From Obrimoposthia wandeli (lineage: Eukaryota): DNA of 64,000 bases. The notes below the pieces were generated by a model. The model had not been told where the DNA came from. It saw only the letters and a program-made list of their open reading frames with translations, and made no database searches. Numbering within the stretch: the stretch's first letter is position 1; every line of letters begins with the position of its first letter. Location of the stretch: NCBI GenBank assembly GCA_977020255.1, contig CDROCS010001674.1:248001-312000 (forward strand). The letters run 5' to 3'. The position numbers and the translations under genes are program-made. Shown here one piece after another: positions 11,216 through 20,475 of this stretch.

Positions 11216-11611
11216 ATGTCAGGAATTACAGATTTAGATGAACTACTGCGTTCAATGCGCCCAAAGTTGCTTGAAGCCGAGTTCGTGTTTTGTACCATTT
11301 CAGGTAGCCTCAAGGAGCATCTCGAGTTAAAACCAGTTGCTACTTTTGTGGAGTCTGAAGGTTTGACTCTTGTACTCGAAAAATCAGTCGCTGAGAAAGC
11401 AGGTCTGTCTTTTGATGGCACATATAGCCAAATTACACTGACAGTTCACTCCAGTTTAGAGGCTGTTGGTCTTACCGCTGCGGTATCAACCAAATTAGCT
11501 TCAAAAGGCATAAGTGCAAATGTTATAGCGGCGTACTACCACGATCATGTCTTTGTTCAACCCAGCAAGGCGGAAGCTGCAATATCGGCATTAGAAGAGT
11601 TCAGTGCTTAG
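11216..11611 (+). CDS. ACT-domain protein (DUF2241-like), integron cassette gene
   Basis: 'MSGITDLDELLRSMRP', 'VHSSLEAVGLTAA', 'ISANVIAAYYHDHVFV'; flanked by attC sites. Confidence 0.88.
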   Translation: MSGITDLDELLRSMRPKLLEAEFVFCTISGSLKEHLELKPVATFVESEGLTLVLEKSVAEKAGLSFDGTYSQITLTVHSSLEAVGLTAAVSTKLASKGISANVIAAYYHDHVFVQPSKAEAAISALEEFSA

Positions 11612-11624
11612 TGTTGAGTCATAT

Positions 11625-11747
11625 TGCTAACAAACGTTTAAGACGGATTCCCAACGCTGGCAATCTCAGTTCAAGTTGGGTTTTGTGTTTATGGTGCAAT
11701 AGTTTTTGCTGGGTGGTAGCGTTGCTCACCTTAATACGGCTTTATGT
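11625..11747 (+). repeat. Integron attC site (VXR-like), degenerate right end
   Basis: TGCTAACAAACGTTTAAGACGGATTCCCAACGC...GCGTTGCTCACCTTAATACGGCTTTATGT has the typical Vibrio repeat architecture; the core G of GTTATGT is replaced by T. Confidence 0.8.
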
Positions 11748-12184
11748 TTTATCGAGAAATTATGAAAATCCAGAAAATTACGTGGGACGAAGCGCTACCA
11801 GTTAGGCATTGCGTACTGTGGCCAACTAAACCTCTTTTGTTTTGTAAAGTCGAAGGTGATGAAGCAGCAAATCACTATGGTGCTTTTGTTGATGATCAAT
11901 TGGTCTGTGTAGCGTCAATTTATATTGATGGTGACAAAGCTAGATTGAGGAAATTTGCGACGTTACTTGAATTCCAAAGCCGCGGTATTGGAACCAAAGT
12001 TATCAAGCACGTTATTTCTGAGTTGAAAGAGTCAAGTGTTGACTATTTCTGGTGTGACGCGCGTACGAGTGCTTTAGGTTTCTATGAAAAACTGGGGCTT
12101 AAAAAACAAGGGATAGAATTTAAAAAGTCAGGTGTATCATATTATAAAATGGCGGTTCAGTGGAACTTAGAAAAACAAACATAA
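11744..12184 (+). CDS. GNAT family N-acetyltransferase, integron cassette gene (likely start 11762)
   Basis: 'VRHCVLWP', acetyl-CoA motif 'FQSRGIGTK', 'WCDAR', 'GFYEKLG'; the stop codon lies in an ACATAAC R'' box. Confidence 0.88.
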   Translation: MFYREIMKIQKITWDEALPVRHCVLWPTKPLLFCKVEGDEAANHYGAFVDDQLVCVASIYIDGDKARLRKFATLLEFQSRGIGTKVIKHVISELKESSVDYFWCDARTSALGFYEKLGLKKQGIEFKKSGVSYYKMAVQWNLEKQT

Positions 12185-12405
12185 CAATCAGTTGATGCAG
12201 CAACGGTAAGATTGGGACTTCGATATAAATAAGCTTATTTAAATATCAAGCTGGTGGACGGAAACATAAATTATAAAGCTATAGCATTAATTGTTGAACA
12301 ACTGACTCAAGGTAAAGACCGCATGGGTAGCGGCCTTTAGTTGTTGCCATCTTCGTATTAGAATTTGTTCGTCACTCAATTATCATGACAACAAACGACA
12401 CTTCT

Positions 12406-12561
12406 TCATAACAAAGTCCAAACTTGGTATCTAATGGATACAACAGCAACAACAAATAATGTCAATTTGAAAAGTATATTTCCAATGATAGAAAAGCGCT
12501 CGCGCCTTAAGCTTTCTATCTCAAGTCGTAATTTTTCATTTTCTAAAGTTTCATTTTTCAT
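12406..12561 (-). CDS. Putative 51-aa small membrane protein (not in ORF track)
   Basis: Hand translation MKNETLENEKLRLEIESLRRERFSIIGNILFKLTLFVVAVVSIRYQVWTLL; AAGGA RBS 7 nt upstream. Confidence 0.55.
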   Translation of the reverse strand: MKNETLENEKLRLEIESLRRERFSIIGNILFKLTLFVVAVVSIRYQVWTLL

Positions 12562-12721
12562 GGTGTATTCCTTCTATCATTTCACCACACTTTTCATGCA
12601 TAGCTAACTGTGGACTTAGTTTAAAATCGATGTGATCTTCATATATTGTCTAACTAGGTAGGCTTCATCTGATTACTTAAACATGACGGCATTTACGCTG
12701 TTAATACAGCAACTATCTTTT

Positions 12722-12982
12722 TCATTTTTCACCGGTTGAGAGAAACATAACAAACTGCGAAATAGTTTCTTCGTCCATAAAGATTTTTTCAGTGTATGAG
12801 GCACTGGTGTTATCTTGGGAAAGCTTAAACCCAACAAAACTTTCTAATAATTGCCAATGTTCGCATGATGCCGATACAGCGGATATGCCATATTTTTTTC
12901 GATGTATTGCGACTCTACCTGTATGACCAGCTACGCTCTTCTTTATCTAGCCAACTAGCTCAATAGTTTTTACATCTTTCAT
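12722..12982 (-). pseudogene. Hypothetical-protein pseudogene with premature TAG at codon 12
   Basis: 87-codon frame MKDVKTIELVG*IKKSVAGHTGRVAIHRKKYGIS...FLSTGEK* with a single in-frame stop. Confidence 0.4.
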
Positions 12983-13175
12983 ATTTTGCAAAACACTTTC
13001 ATTAAAGACTCAAGAAACAATCCAGGTGACAATAAAATTAATATCTAAATGGTAACTGAAAAAAACAGCGTTCACCAATCGTTTATTCGGTGATTACGTT
13101 ACAAACATTCAAAACGACAACCGAAAACGTTCAGCGAAATCGTGAGCAATAAATAGGGCACGGTAAAAGGTGATT

Positions 13176-13204
13176 AACAAGGCCAGTGAGATGCTGGCCT
13201 TGTT
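13176..13204. terminator. Intrinsic terminator downstream of the 61-aa gene
   Basis: Perfect stem aacaaggccag/ctggccttgtt. Confidence 0.7.
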
Positions 13205-13226
13205 ATTGTGAACAGTAAAATGTCGA

Positions 13227-13412
13227 TTATTTTTTAATGGCCTGCTCGGCTTTGAGTTTGTTGCACTCGGTTATAGGCATTGCTGTCGTGCCAAGCATTT
13301 TGCCATCTTGCATACAGACGACATGAGGAACAGTTACAGTACTTCCACCACTGAAGTTTGCATAAGTAAAACTAGAAAAAAAGAAACACAGTAATATGAG
13401 GGATTTTTTCAT
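13227..13412 (-). CDS. Small secreted protein (61 aa, two Cys in mature part)
   Basis: GGAG RBS, signal peptide MKKSLILLCFFFSSFTYA, its own terminator. Confidence 0.75.
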   Translation of the reverse strand: MKKSLILLCFFFSSFTYANFSGGSTVTVPHVVCMQDGKMLGTTAMPITECNKLKAEQAIKK

Positions 13413-13569
13413 TGCGATTTCTCCATTATATCAGCATACATATTCATAGAATCTACTGGTTAATTAGTGACCTCTATAGGTGCTTAACTAGCAGATTAAG
13501 ATTGCATCGAGACTGCTGAATAGTCACCATATGCAACCTATTAACCATGTTAGACTATATGACTGAAGT

Positions 13570-13637
13570 TAGCCTGAATATAAGCGTTGCAAATAGACGA
13601 TGCCTGCTGGGGCGGTGCACGAGGATGTACATCTTGA
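13570..13637 (+). mobile_element. IS1595-family transposase fragment (relic)
   Basis: Frame from 13587 reads LQIDDACWGGARG, resembling the IS1595 DDE motif 'QIDDAYWGG'; stops on both sides. Confidence 0.35.
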
Positions 13638-13848
13638 ATGATGTTTTAGGGCTTCTGTTTTAGCTCAATCTCTGCATACATGGTAAATGAGTAAAGGAAG
13701 GCTATTAATCAGTTAAACAATCGGGGTAGAACTATACTCAACTAGGATGGGCTGGCAGATCTATTTTGTGTCGTAGTGATCTATAAGATAAGCATGACTC
13801 TTACCTTACTACTGCACATTACATTGACGTTATTGTGTATGAGTAATT

Positions 13849-14340
13849 TTGGAGGTCATTATGGCTATTTCTACTAGGTTAAATGAGTACTTAGACAAAA
13901 ATAACATTATGTATAAAACCGTTCCTCATTTTCATAGCTCGGGTTCAATAAGCAGTGCTATCGCGTCAAGTATTCACCCTAGAAATATCGCAAAAGCAGT
14001 ATTGCTTGTCGACCATGATGGGCACAGAGTTATGGCGGTATTACCCGCAGATAAAAAAATATGTATATCAACATTGAATGAGAAATTTAATGCGACTTAT
14101 CAGCTGATTAAAGAGAAAGATATATATAACTTGTTTGCAGACTGCGAAGGCGGTGCAATTCCACCCGTTGGCAGTGCATTTAATATGACGGTTGTGTGTG
14201 ATGAACTTCTTGATACCTTAGAAGGTGTCTATATTGAAGCCGGGGATCATCAGACGTTATTACAGGTAGATCACGAGGCATTTAAAAGCATTATGGCTAA
14301 TGCGAAACATACACGCTTTAGTGAAGACATGCTTCATTAG
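13849..14340 (+). CDS. YbaK/EbsC-family aminoacyl-tRNA deacylase domain protein (likely start 13861)
   Basis: 'IAKAVLL', 'MAVLPAD', 'FADCEGGAIPPVG', 'YIEAGDH'. Confidence 0.85.
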   Translation: MEVIMAISTRLNEYLDKNNIMYKTVPHFHSSGSISSAIASSIHPRNIAKAVLLVDHDGHRVMAVLPADKKICISTLNEKFNATYQLIKEKDIYNLFADCEGGAIPPVGSAFNMTVVCDELLDTLEGVYIEAGDHQTLLQVDHEAFKSIMANAKHTRFSEDMLH

Positions 14341-14391
14341 GGGGGGAAGCTGTAATGTTGATATTCTATCTTTATCGTAAAGGGGAGGAGT

Positions 14392-14679
14392 ATGTCGAAT
14401 AATATTATTGCGGATAACCAGCCAGTGCTTGTCCAATTAGAAAAAGGCAAAATATACCAGTTTTGTATTTGTGGCTATTCGCACACACAGCCATTTTGTG
14501 ACGATTCACACTTAGGTACTGAATTTGAACCTATATATTTTACGGCAGAAAAAACAGAACAACGTTGGCTATGCCAGTGTAAACAAAGCGGTAATCAACC
14601 GTATTGTGATGGAAGCCATAAGGCGTACTCTGAAAATGATATTGGTCTAGAAGCCCCTAATAAAGATGATTCACAGTAA
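14392..14679 (+). CDS. CDGSH iron-sulfur domain protein (two motifs)
   Basis: CICGYSHTQPFCDDSH and CQCKQSGNQPYCDGSH. Confidence 0.9.
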   Translation: MSNNIIADNQPVLVQLEKGKIYQFCICGYSHTQPFCDDSHLGTEFEPIYFTAEKTEQRWLCQCKQSGNQPYCDGSHKAYSENDIGLEAPNKDDSQ

Positions 14680-14729
14680 CCTTTTTTGTAATCGCGGTAC
14701 GTTTATTAAAGTGAATCGAGAGGAATAAA

Positions 14730-14753
14730 AAAGCCCACAAAAATGTGGGCTTT
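14730..14753. terminator. Bidirectional terminator between the CDGSH gene and dcuC
   Basis: aaagcccaca-aaaa-tgtgggcttt. Confidence 0.75.
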
Positions 14754-14775
14754 GATTGTTAGCATTGGTTAATGC

Positions 14776-14835
14776 TTAAGCGTACATTGCTTATGCATAC
14801 AATGTTTATGTGTACATTGTTTATGCATACATAGG
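14776..14835 (-). repeat. Four diverged 15-bp tandem units duplicating the last five codons of dcuC
   Basis: Minus strand: CCTATGTATGCATAA ACAATGTACACATAA ACATTGTATGCATAA GCAATGTACGCTTAA. Confidence 0.8.
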
Positions 14836-16188
14836 TACAAGAACCACAGTGCCAATAATAACGGTAACTAAACCACAAATAACAGGAACCGATGTACGTT
14901 TAACAACTTCGAATGGGCTGATTTTACCCATACCAGAGGTTGCAACGATAACACCAGAAACTGGTGAAATAGTACGGCCAAGGTTAGAAGCCTGTAGCAT
15001 CGGGATAATCAAGAATGCAGGGTTTAAACCCATTTTACCCGCTAGTGTTGGCGCTAATTCTACGAATGCGTAAAAAGGTGCATTACCAGAACCTGTCGCA
15101 ATAGCGGCAGCAACAGTTAGACCTGTTAGAAGAATCATCAATGCGAAACCACCCGCACCGGCTGCTTCTGCAAGACCAATCAGATTATCGATAGCACCGA
15201 TAGACATAAGGCCTTGAGCAAATACACCTGCAGCAACCAATAGCATTACCACGCCTTTGAATGCATCAGCCATACCTGCATAACAAGATTCTAGATCTTC
15301 CAGTGTTGCTTTACCGTTGAAACGCTTGGTAACGAAATCAACCATTGCACCTAAGAAGATAGAAGCAACAACAATGGTGTAAATGTCTAATGATAGACCT
15401 TTGATTGTTTCGCCATTGAATAAGAATACACCCAGGATAGGTAAGAAAGGCAAGATTGCGTAATACGGAGGTGCTTTCACTTCCATTTCAGAAATGTTGA
15501 CCTTTTCCATTGGCGTATTTTCTTTCTTATCTAGGTATTTATTCCAGAAAAAAGCCGCAGCAGCCATAACGATGATTGCACAAATTGATACAGGAAGAAC
15601 TGTTTCAACAGCAAACACGTGTAATGGCATACCCGCTTTTTCAGCCGCAACAACAACGTCACCAGATGTTGGTGAAAGAATGATTGCTGCTGGTGACGCA
15701 CACACTGCCACAGCGGCAGGGCGGGAAATACCCATTGCCGTCATCATTGGGAAAAGTGTTGCCATTAGTAGTACACCAAGGCCAGTCGCTGAGCTAACAG
15801 CTAAAGACATTAGACAAGCTACGATATAAGCCGCGACTAAAAGAATGTAAGGCGATTTGATGAACGAAAGGGGCTTAGAAAACTGCTTAACCACAACATT
15901 GTTTGCGCCAATGTGTGTCATGTAAGAAGCGAAACCACATAAAAGCATGATTTGCATGCCTAAACCGCCGCCACGGTACTTAAGCATGTATTTCACGAAT
16001 TCAAGTGAATCTGTCAGTATGTTACCTGTTGATGCAATAGATGATGGTAGTACCGTATGGCCTATAGCACCTGCAGTAATAAGAAGCACCAAACCAGCGG
16101 TTAATAATACGCCAGCAGGTTTATAGTTTTTTACAATGAAATAGCCTACAGCGATGGTAACCACCAGGCCAATCAATAGTTCTAACAT
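14821..16188 (-). CDS. dcuC: Anaerobic C4-dicarboxylate transporter DcuC family
   Basis: 'GGLGMQIMLLCGFASYMTHIGAN', 'SATGLGVLLMATLFP', 'ATGSGNAPFYAF', 'LGRTISPVSGV'. Confidence 0.92.
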   Translation of the reverse strand: MLELLIGLVVTIAVGYFIVKNYKPAGVLLTAGLVLLITAGAIGHTVLPSSIASTGNILTDSLEFVKYMLKYRGGGLGMQIMLLCGFASYMTHIGANNVVVKQFSKPLSFIKSPYILLVAAYIVACLMSLAVSSATGLGVLLMATLFPMMTAMGISRPAAVAVCASPAAIILSPTSGDVVVAAEKAGMPLHVFAVETVLPVSICAIIVMAAAAFFWNKYLDKKENTPMEKVNISEMEVKAPPYYAILPFLPILGVFLFNGETIKGLSLDIYTIVVASIFLGAMVDFVTKRFNGKATLEDLESCYAGMADAFKGVVMLLVAAGVFAQGLMSIGAIDNLIGLAEAAGAGGFALMILLTGLTVAAAIATGSGNAPFYAFVELAPTLAGKMGLNPAFLIIPMLQASNLGRTISPVSGVIVATSGMGKISPFEVVKRTSVPVICGLVTVIIGTVVLVPMYA

Positions 16189-16940
16189 AGCTTTTCTCTC
16201 TAACTAAAATGAAATTTTAAAATTGGGTGAATCAAATTTTGATACGTAAGTTAGCTGTCTTGTGAGTCGTTGGTTCAATCCTTTAAATCAATGCAATGTT
16301 ATACCAACCTAGATAAGTATCTGTTCATTCTTGCTGGTTAAAATCGATAATGACTGCGTTAGAAATTTTATAATTAGAACCACTAGTTACTTCAATTTCT
16401 ATCTTGTTCTTACCGATTTTTTCTGCGCAAATTTATGACCATTTACTTCTCCATATTGGTATTAGCAATAAGCCCACAGACTTTTAGTGATTAAGCTAAA
16501 AGGGAATTTGTCGATGTGCTTGCGCTTTTAGAACCGAGATCGTGTTGAATATTTAACCGCATTGTTACTGTATATAGTGATGTTTAAGTCATACAAATAG
16601 CGATGTAATAACAACATGGAAACGTTTATTTCAATCACAAATAAAAACAAAAATGTATATTTATAAAAACATTTTCTTACATATTGTTTGTGAGTAATTT
16701 ACCTAAAAAGGGGGAGAGAGACGACAGTTAACATCATAAGTTATGATCTAAAGCAGGGTTTAAATAAGGGTGTTAATATTGTGCTACAAGTATGAAAAGA
16801 TGCATATATATTACTGTTATAAAGTGATAAATTACGGGTGGTGGTTGTTAAGTGTGCGAATGCCCATTAAGCCGTTATAAACTAAGGGAACTGTTGTTGG
16901 AGTATTATGAGCAAGTGTAACAATATGTAAATTATATGAT

Positions 16941-17813
16941 TTATTTACACTGTTTCTTAACAAAATCAATAAATGCTCTATCTGCCAGTGATAGATATCC
17001 ATTTTTTCGCCAAGCCATTGCAATGTTAAGGTAGACAGGTTTTTTAAATGGGATAGGAATAACGCCTTTTTCATGTTCTGTAACAAGCTCAAGCAATGCT
17101 GATATTGCAAAGTTATGTCGAACTATATTTAGAATCATAGGCAGCAAGTTTGTTTCAAAAGAGATTTTTGGAATGAAATGATGGCTTTGGCACACTTCAT
17201 CAATAAATTCACGATGGAAATATCCCGGCTTAAACATGACTAACTCTTCCTTAAAGAAGTCTTCAAAGCCGATATCTTGTAGGGATGCAAGATGATGACC
17301 TTCACTGACCACTGCAACCATTTGAGATGTAATTAAATGCTCGGTTTCAAGGCGATCTGGTACATCTTCGTTATGTATAACCCCAAGGTCTAATTCCCCG
17401 TCTAACAGCATTTGACGAATAGATTGGGTGCCCGCTTCAATGATGGTGAGTTTCAGGTTGGGATACTGACTTTTAAAGCCCATTAATATTTCAGGGAAAA
17501 AATATGATCCCAACATACTCGGCACCCCTAACTTTACTTCGCCTTTTTCGAGCCCTTTCAGCTCAGCCATTGCAATATTTGCATCGTCAATTTGCTGTAA
17601 AATAAGTCGAGCATGTTTGAGTAAAACCTCACCTTCATGAGTGAGCGATATTTTACGTTCATTTCGATGAAACAAAGGAAATTCTAATTGCTGCTCTAAC
17701 TTTTTGATGGCAACACTTAATGCTGGCTGTGCGATGTGTAATCGTTTCGCTGCGCGGGTGAAGTTCTCTGTTTCTGCAAGTGTGACAAAGTAAGTGAGCA
17801 GGCGAGTGTTCAT
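16941..17813 (-). CDS. LysR-family regulator, divergent from the MFS transporter
   Basis: HTH 'NFTRAAKRLHIAQPALSVAIKKLE'. Confidence 0.92.
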   Translation of the reverse strand: MNTRLLTYFVTLAETENFTRAAKRLHIAQPALSVAIKKLEQQLEFPLFHRNERKISLTHEGEVLLKHARLILQQIDDANIAMAELKGLEKGEVKLGVPSMLGSYFFPEILMGFKSQYPNLKLTIIEAGTQSIRQMLLDGELDLGVIHNEDVPDRLETEHLITSQMVAVVSEGHHLASLQDIGFEDFFKEELVMFKPGYFHREFIDEVCQSHHFIPKISFETNLLPMILNIVRHNFAISALLELVTEHEKGVIPIPFKKPVYLNIAMAWRKNGYLSLADRAFIDFVKKQCK

Positions 17814-17902
17814 GGCTATAACCTTTGGTTATCGAGATGATAGTTATTATATATTTTCATTATTATTAGTATATTGCTACTGTTTGGTTAATACCATTAT
17901 AG

Positions 17903-19183
17903 ATGGCTAGAAAATCATCAATACATGCTATCTATCATCATATTTTGAGTGCTATTGCCATGATTGAAATAAAAACATCTGCCTACCGGCGTGCGAGTTT
18001 TGCATTAGCATTAGGCTCTTTTCTCGTATTTTGTAACTTATACCTTTTTCAACCTATGTTGCCATTAATGGCTGACAAGTTTAACGCGAGCGCTATTCAG
18101 GTTAATTGGTTATTGGCGGCAGGTACATTGACGTTAGCGCTTACTCTTGTGCCATGGGCGGTGGGTTCAGAGATCATTGGGCGTCGTAAAGTGATGATGC
18201 TGAGTCTTTTTTTATTACCCTTTGTTGGTATGGCAATGCTGTTAGCTGATTCCCTATTAATGCTAACGTTAGCACGCGGTGCTATGGGTATATCCTTGGC
18301 GGGTTTTGCCGCTGTCGCTGTGGCTTATATGGCTGAAGAGTTTACTCCAAAAGCATTCATGCTAGCGGTAGGTGGCTATATTAGTGCGAATTCATTAGGG
18401 GGGATCACTGGGCGTTTATATGGTGGTTTCGTCACTGAATATTGGGGATGGGAAGTGGCTGTGATTGGTATGGCTATCTTCAGCCTCTTGGGTGCATTAG
18501 CGGTTAATCGATTATTACCTGAACAGCAATATTTTACTCCACAGAAAGGGCAGCTTCGTACACATAACCGCAGTGTAATTGGTCATTTAAGACAACGAGA
18601 ATTATGGTTAGCTATGCTCATTGGCGGATTAAACTTTGCGTTGTTTGTTAACCTTTACACGGTAATGGGTTTTCGCCTTGTTGCACCCCCGTATTCATTG
18701 CCCATCAGCTTAGCGTCGATGATTTTTCTTTGTTATCTCAGCGGTACTATTACGGCAAAGCTTAGCGGCCGCTGGAGCCAAGTCTACAGCCCGATAAGCG
18801 GCATGGTATTAGGTACAACGGTGAGTGCCGTCGGTATGTGGATTGCCGCTTATAATTCACTGTACGCAATGCTTATTGGTTTATTGTTTATTAGTTCAGG
18901 GGCATTTTTTACACACTCACTGGCATATGCATGGGTCAGTCAAAAAGCGAAAACAGCGAAAGCGACAGCAACGGCGTTATACCTTGTTCATTATTATGTT
19001 GGTGGCAGCGTCGGTGGTTTCTATTTAATCGCGTGTTGGCAATATGGTGCTTGGCATGGTGTGCTTGCTGGTGGCATGGTGCTGTATAGCTTGATTTACC
19101 TGCTATGTTGGCGCTTACATTGCCGTGTTCAATCAAAAGAGAATATAACCGCAGCGTTAAAAGGTACGCACACTGCGGTGTAG
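17903..19183 (+). CDS. MFS transporter (YnfM-like; likely start 17960)
   Basis: 'LYLFQPMLP', motif A 'SEIIGRRKVM', 'AVAYMAEE', 'GYISANSLGG..GR'. Confidence 0.88.
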   Translation: MARKSSIHAIYHHILSAIAMIEIKTSAYRRASFALALGSFLVFCNLYLFQPMLPLMADKFNASAIQVNWLLAAGTLTLALTLVPWAVGSEIIGRRKVMMLSLFLLPFVGMAMLLADSLLMLTLARGAMGISLAGFAAVAVAYMAEEFTPKAFMLAVGGYISANSLGGITGRLYGGFVTEYWGWEVAVIGMAIFSLLGALAVNRLLPEQQYFTPQKGQLRTHNRSVIGHLRQRELWLAMLIGGLNFALFVNLYTVMGFRLVAPPYSLPISLASMIFLCYLSGTITAKLSGRWSQVYSPISGMVLGTTVSAVGMWIAAYNSLYAMLIGLLFISSGAFFTHSLAYAWVSQKAKTAKATATALYLVHYYVGGSVGGFYLIACWQYGAWHGVLAGGMVLYSLIYLLCWRLHCRVQSKENITAALKGTHTAV

Positions 19184-19263
19184 TGCTTATTGCTTGAATC
19201 CAGCGATAAAGCTGAAGTAGAAGAACTAGGGCACGAAGTGCCCTAGGTGTGAAGGTAAGACTA

Positions 19264-20475
19264 TTATTGAATTGCCATCGCAAGTAATGAAATAGGGTGA
19301 ATGGTTTCTAACTGCGTATTTTCTTCAATTTGCCACTTGCAGGTTTCACAGTCTGTGATTGCGAAATCTGCATTTGACTGACGAATTGTCTTAAATAGAT
19401 TTTCACCTATTGCTATCGAGGTATCGTAGTTTTCAGTTTTGAAACCATAGGTACCCGCCAGCCCACAACATTGGCTATCTAACACGACAACCTCTAAACC
19501 AGGGATCATCTTTAACAGTTCAATGGTGTATAAATTACCGCCAGTACGTTCAAGGTGACACGGTGTGTGATAGACGATTTTCTTGTTAATCGGCTTCATT
19601 TTCGGTGTATTACCGTTCATGAATTGTTTAAGTAAAAAGCGGGTCACATATTCAATTTTATCAGCAACATTAGCATTATCGACTTTCAATACATGCGGGT
19701 ATTCTTCACGCAATGTGAAAGAACAGGTTGAAGATGTAGAGACAATAGAAGAATCATACTTCTCAATCGCGGCTTCAAAATTACGCACATTTAGCTTGGC
19801 ATTTTTCTTGGCTTTGTCGAAAAAACCGTTCGCAATTAATGGTACACCACAGCACTTTTCTTTATCCAATAATTGAACACCAATACTCATTGCGTTCATT
19901 ACTTTGACGAAATCTTTACCCAGTTGTGGGTGATTGTAATTCACAAAGCACCCGTGAAAGTAGTGCACTTGTTGAGGGTACAATGCCTGACTGGTGCAGT
20001 TCTGCTTATACCAGCGACGGAACGTGCCGTGTGAATATTTTGGTAATGATTTATGGTCATGCACACCAATGGTTTTATGCATGATTTTCTTAACTGGTTT
20101 AATACTGGTAATCGTGTTTACTATTGGTGCAAATGGTGTCGCAATCGATCCCATTAAATCAGTATGGCTCAGTACAAAATCACGAATGGTTTTAATGTTT
20201 AACGGCATTTTTGCATGTTCGTCACGTGCAACCGCAATCATGTCGCCAATCTTCACGCCTGAAGGGCAAGCCGTTTCGCAGCGCTTACAGTTAGTACACA
20301 GCTTTAAGGTTTCGTCATAAAATTCTGGGCTTTTTAGGCGTAAACGTTCGCCATCAGGGCCGCATTGTTTAGGCCCTGGGTATTCAGGGTTTGCTTTGGC
20401 AACAGGGCAATAAACGGTACACACTGTGCACTTAATACATTGGTCAAAGCTAGTGTCTTTCTGTAGAAGGCTCAT
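19264..20475 (-). CDS. glpC: Anaerobic glycerol-3-phosphate dehydrogenase subunit C
   Basis: Two 4Fe-4S motifs ([24 protein letters not shown]) plus CCG domains; 'GPDGERLR'. Confidence 0.95.
   Translation of the reverse strand: MSLLQKDTSFDQCIKCTVCTVYCPVAKANPEYPGPKQCGPDGERLRLKSPEFYDETLKLCTNCKRCETACPSGVKIGDMIAVARDEHAKMPLNIKTIRDFVLSHTDLMGSIATPFAPIVNTITSIKPVKKIMHKTIGVHDHKSLPKYSHGTFRRWYKQNCTSQALYPQQVHYFHGCFVNYNHPQLGKDFVKVMNAMSIGVQLLDKEKCCGVPLIANGFFDKAKKNAKLNVRNFEAAIEKYDSSIVSTSSTCSFTLREEYPHVLKVDNANVADKIEYVTRFLLKQFMNGNTPKMKPINKKIVYHTPCHLERTGGNLYTIELLKMIPGLEVVVLDSQCCGLAGTYGFKTENYDTSIAIGENLFKTIRQSNADFAITDCETCKWQIEENTQLETIHPISLLAMAIQ

Noticed and set aside
11611-11805. 64-aa ORF between the ACT and GNAT genes
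   Set aside because: It spans the attC site; such ORFs are a common artefact of Vibrio repeats.
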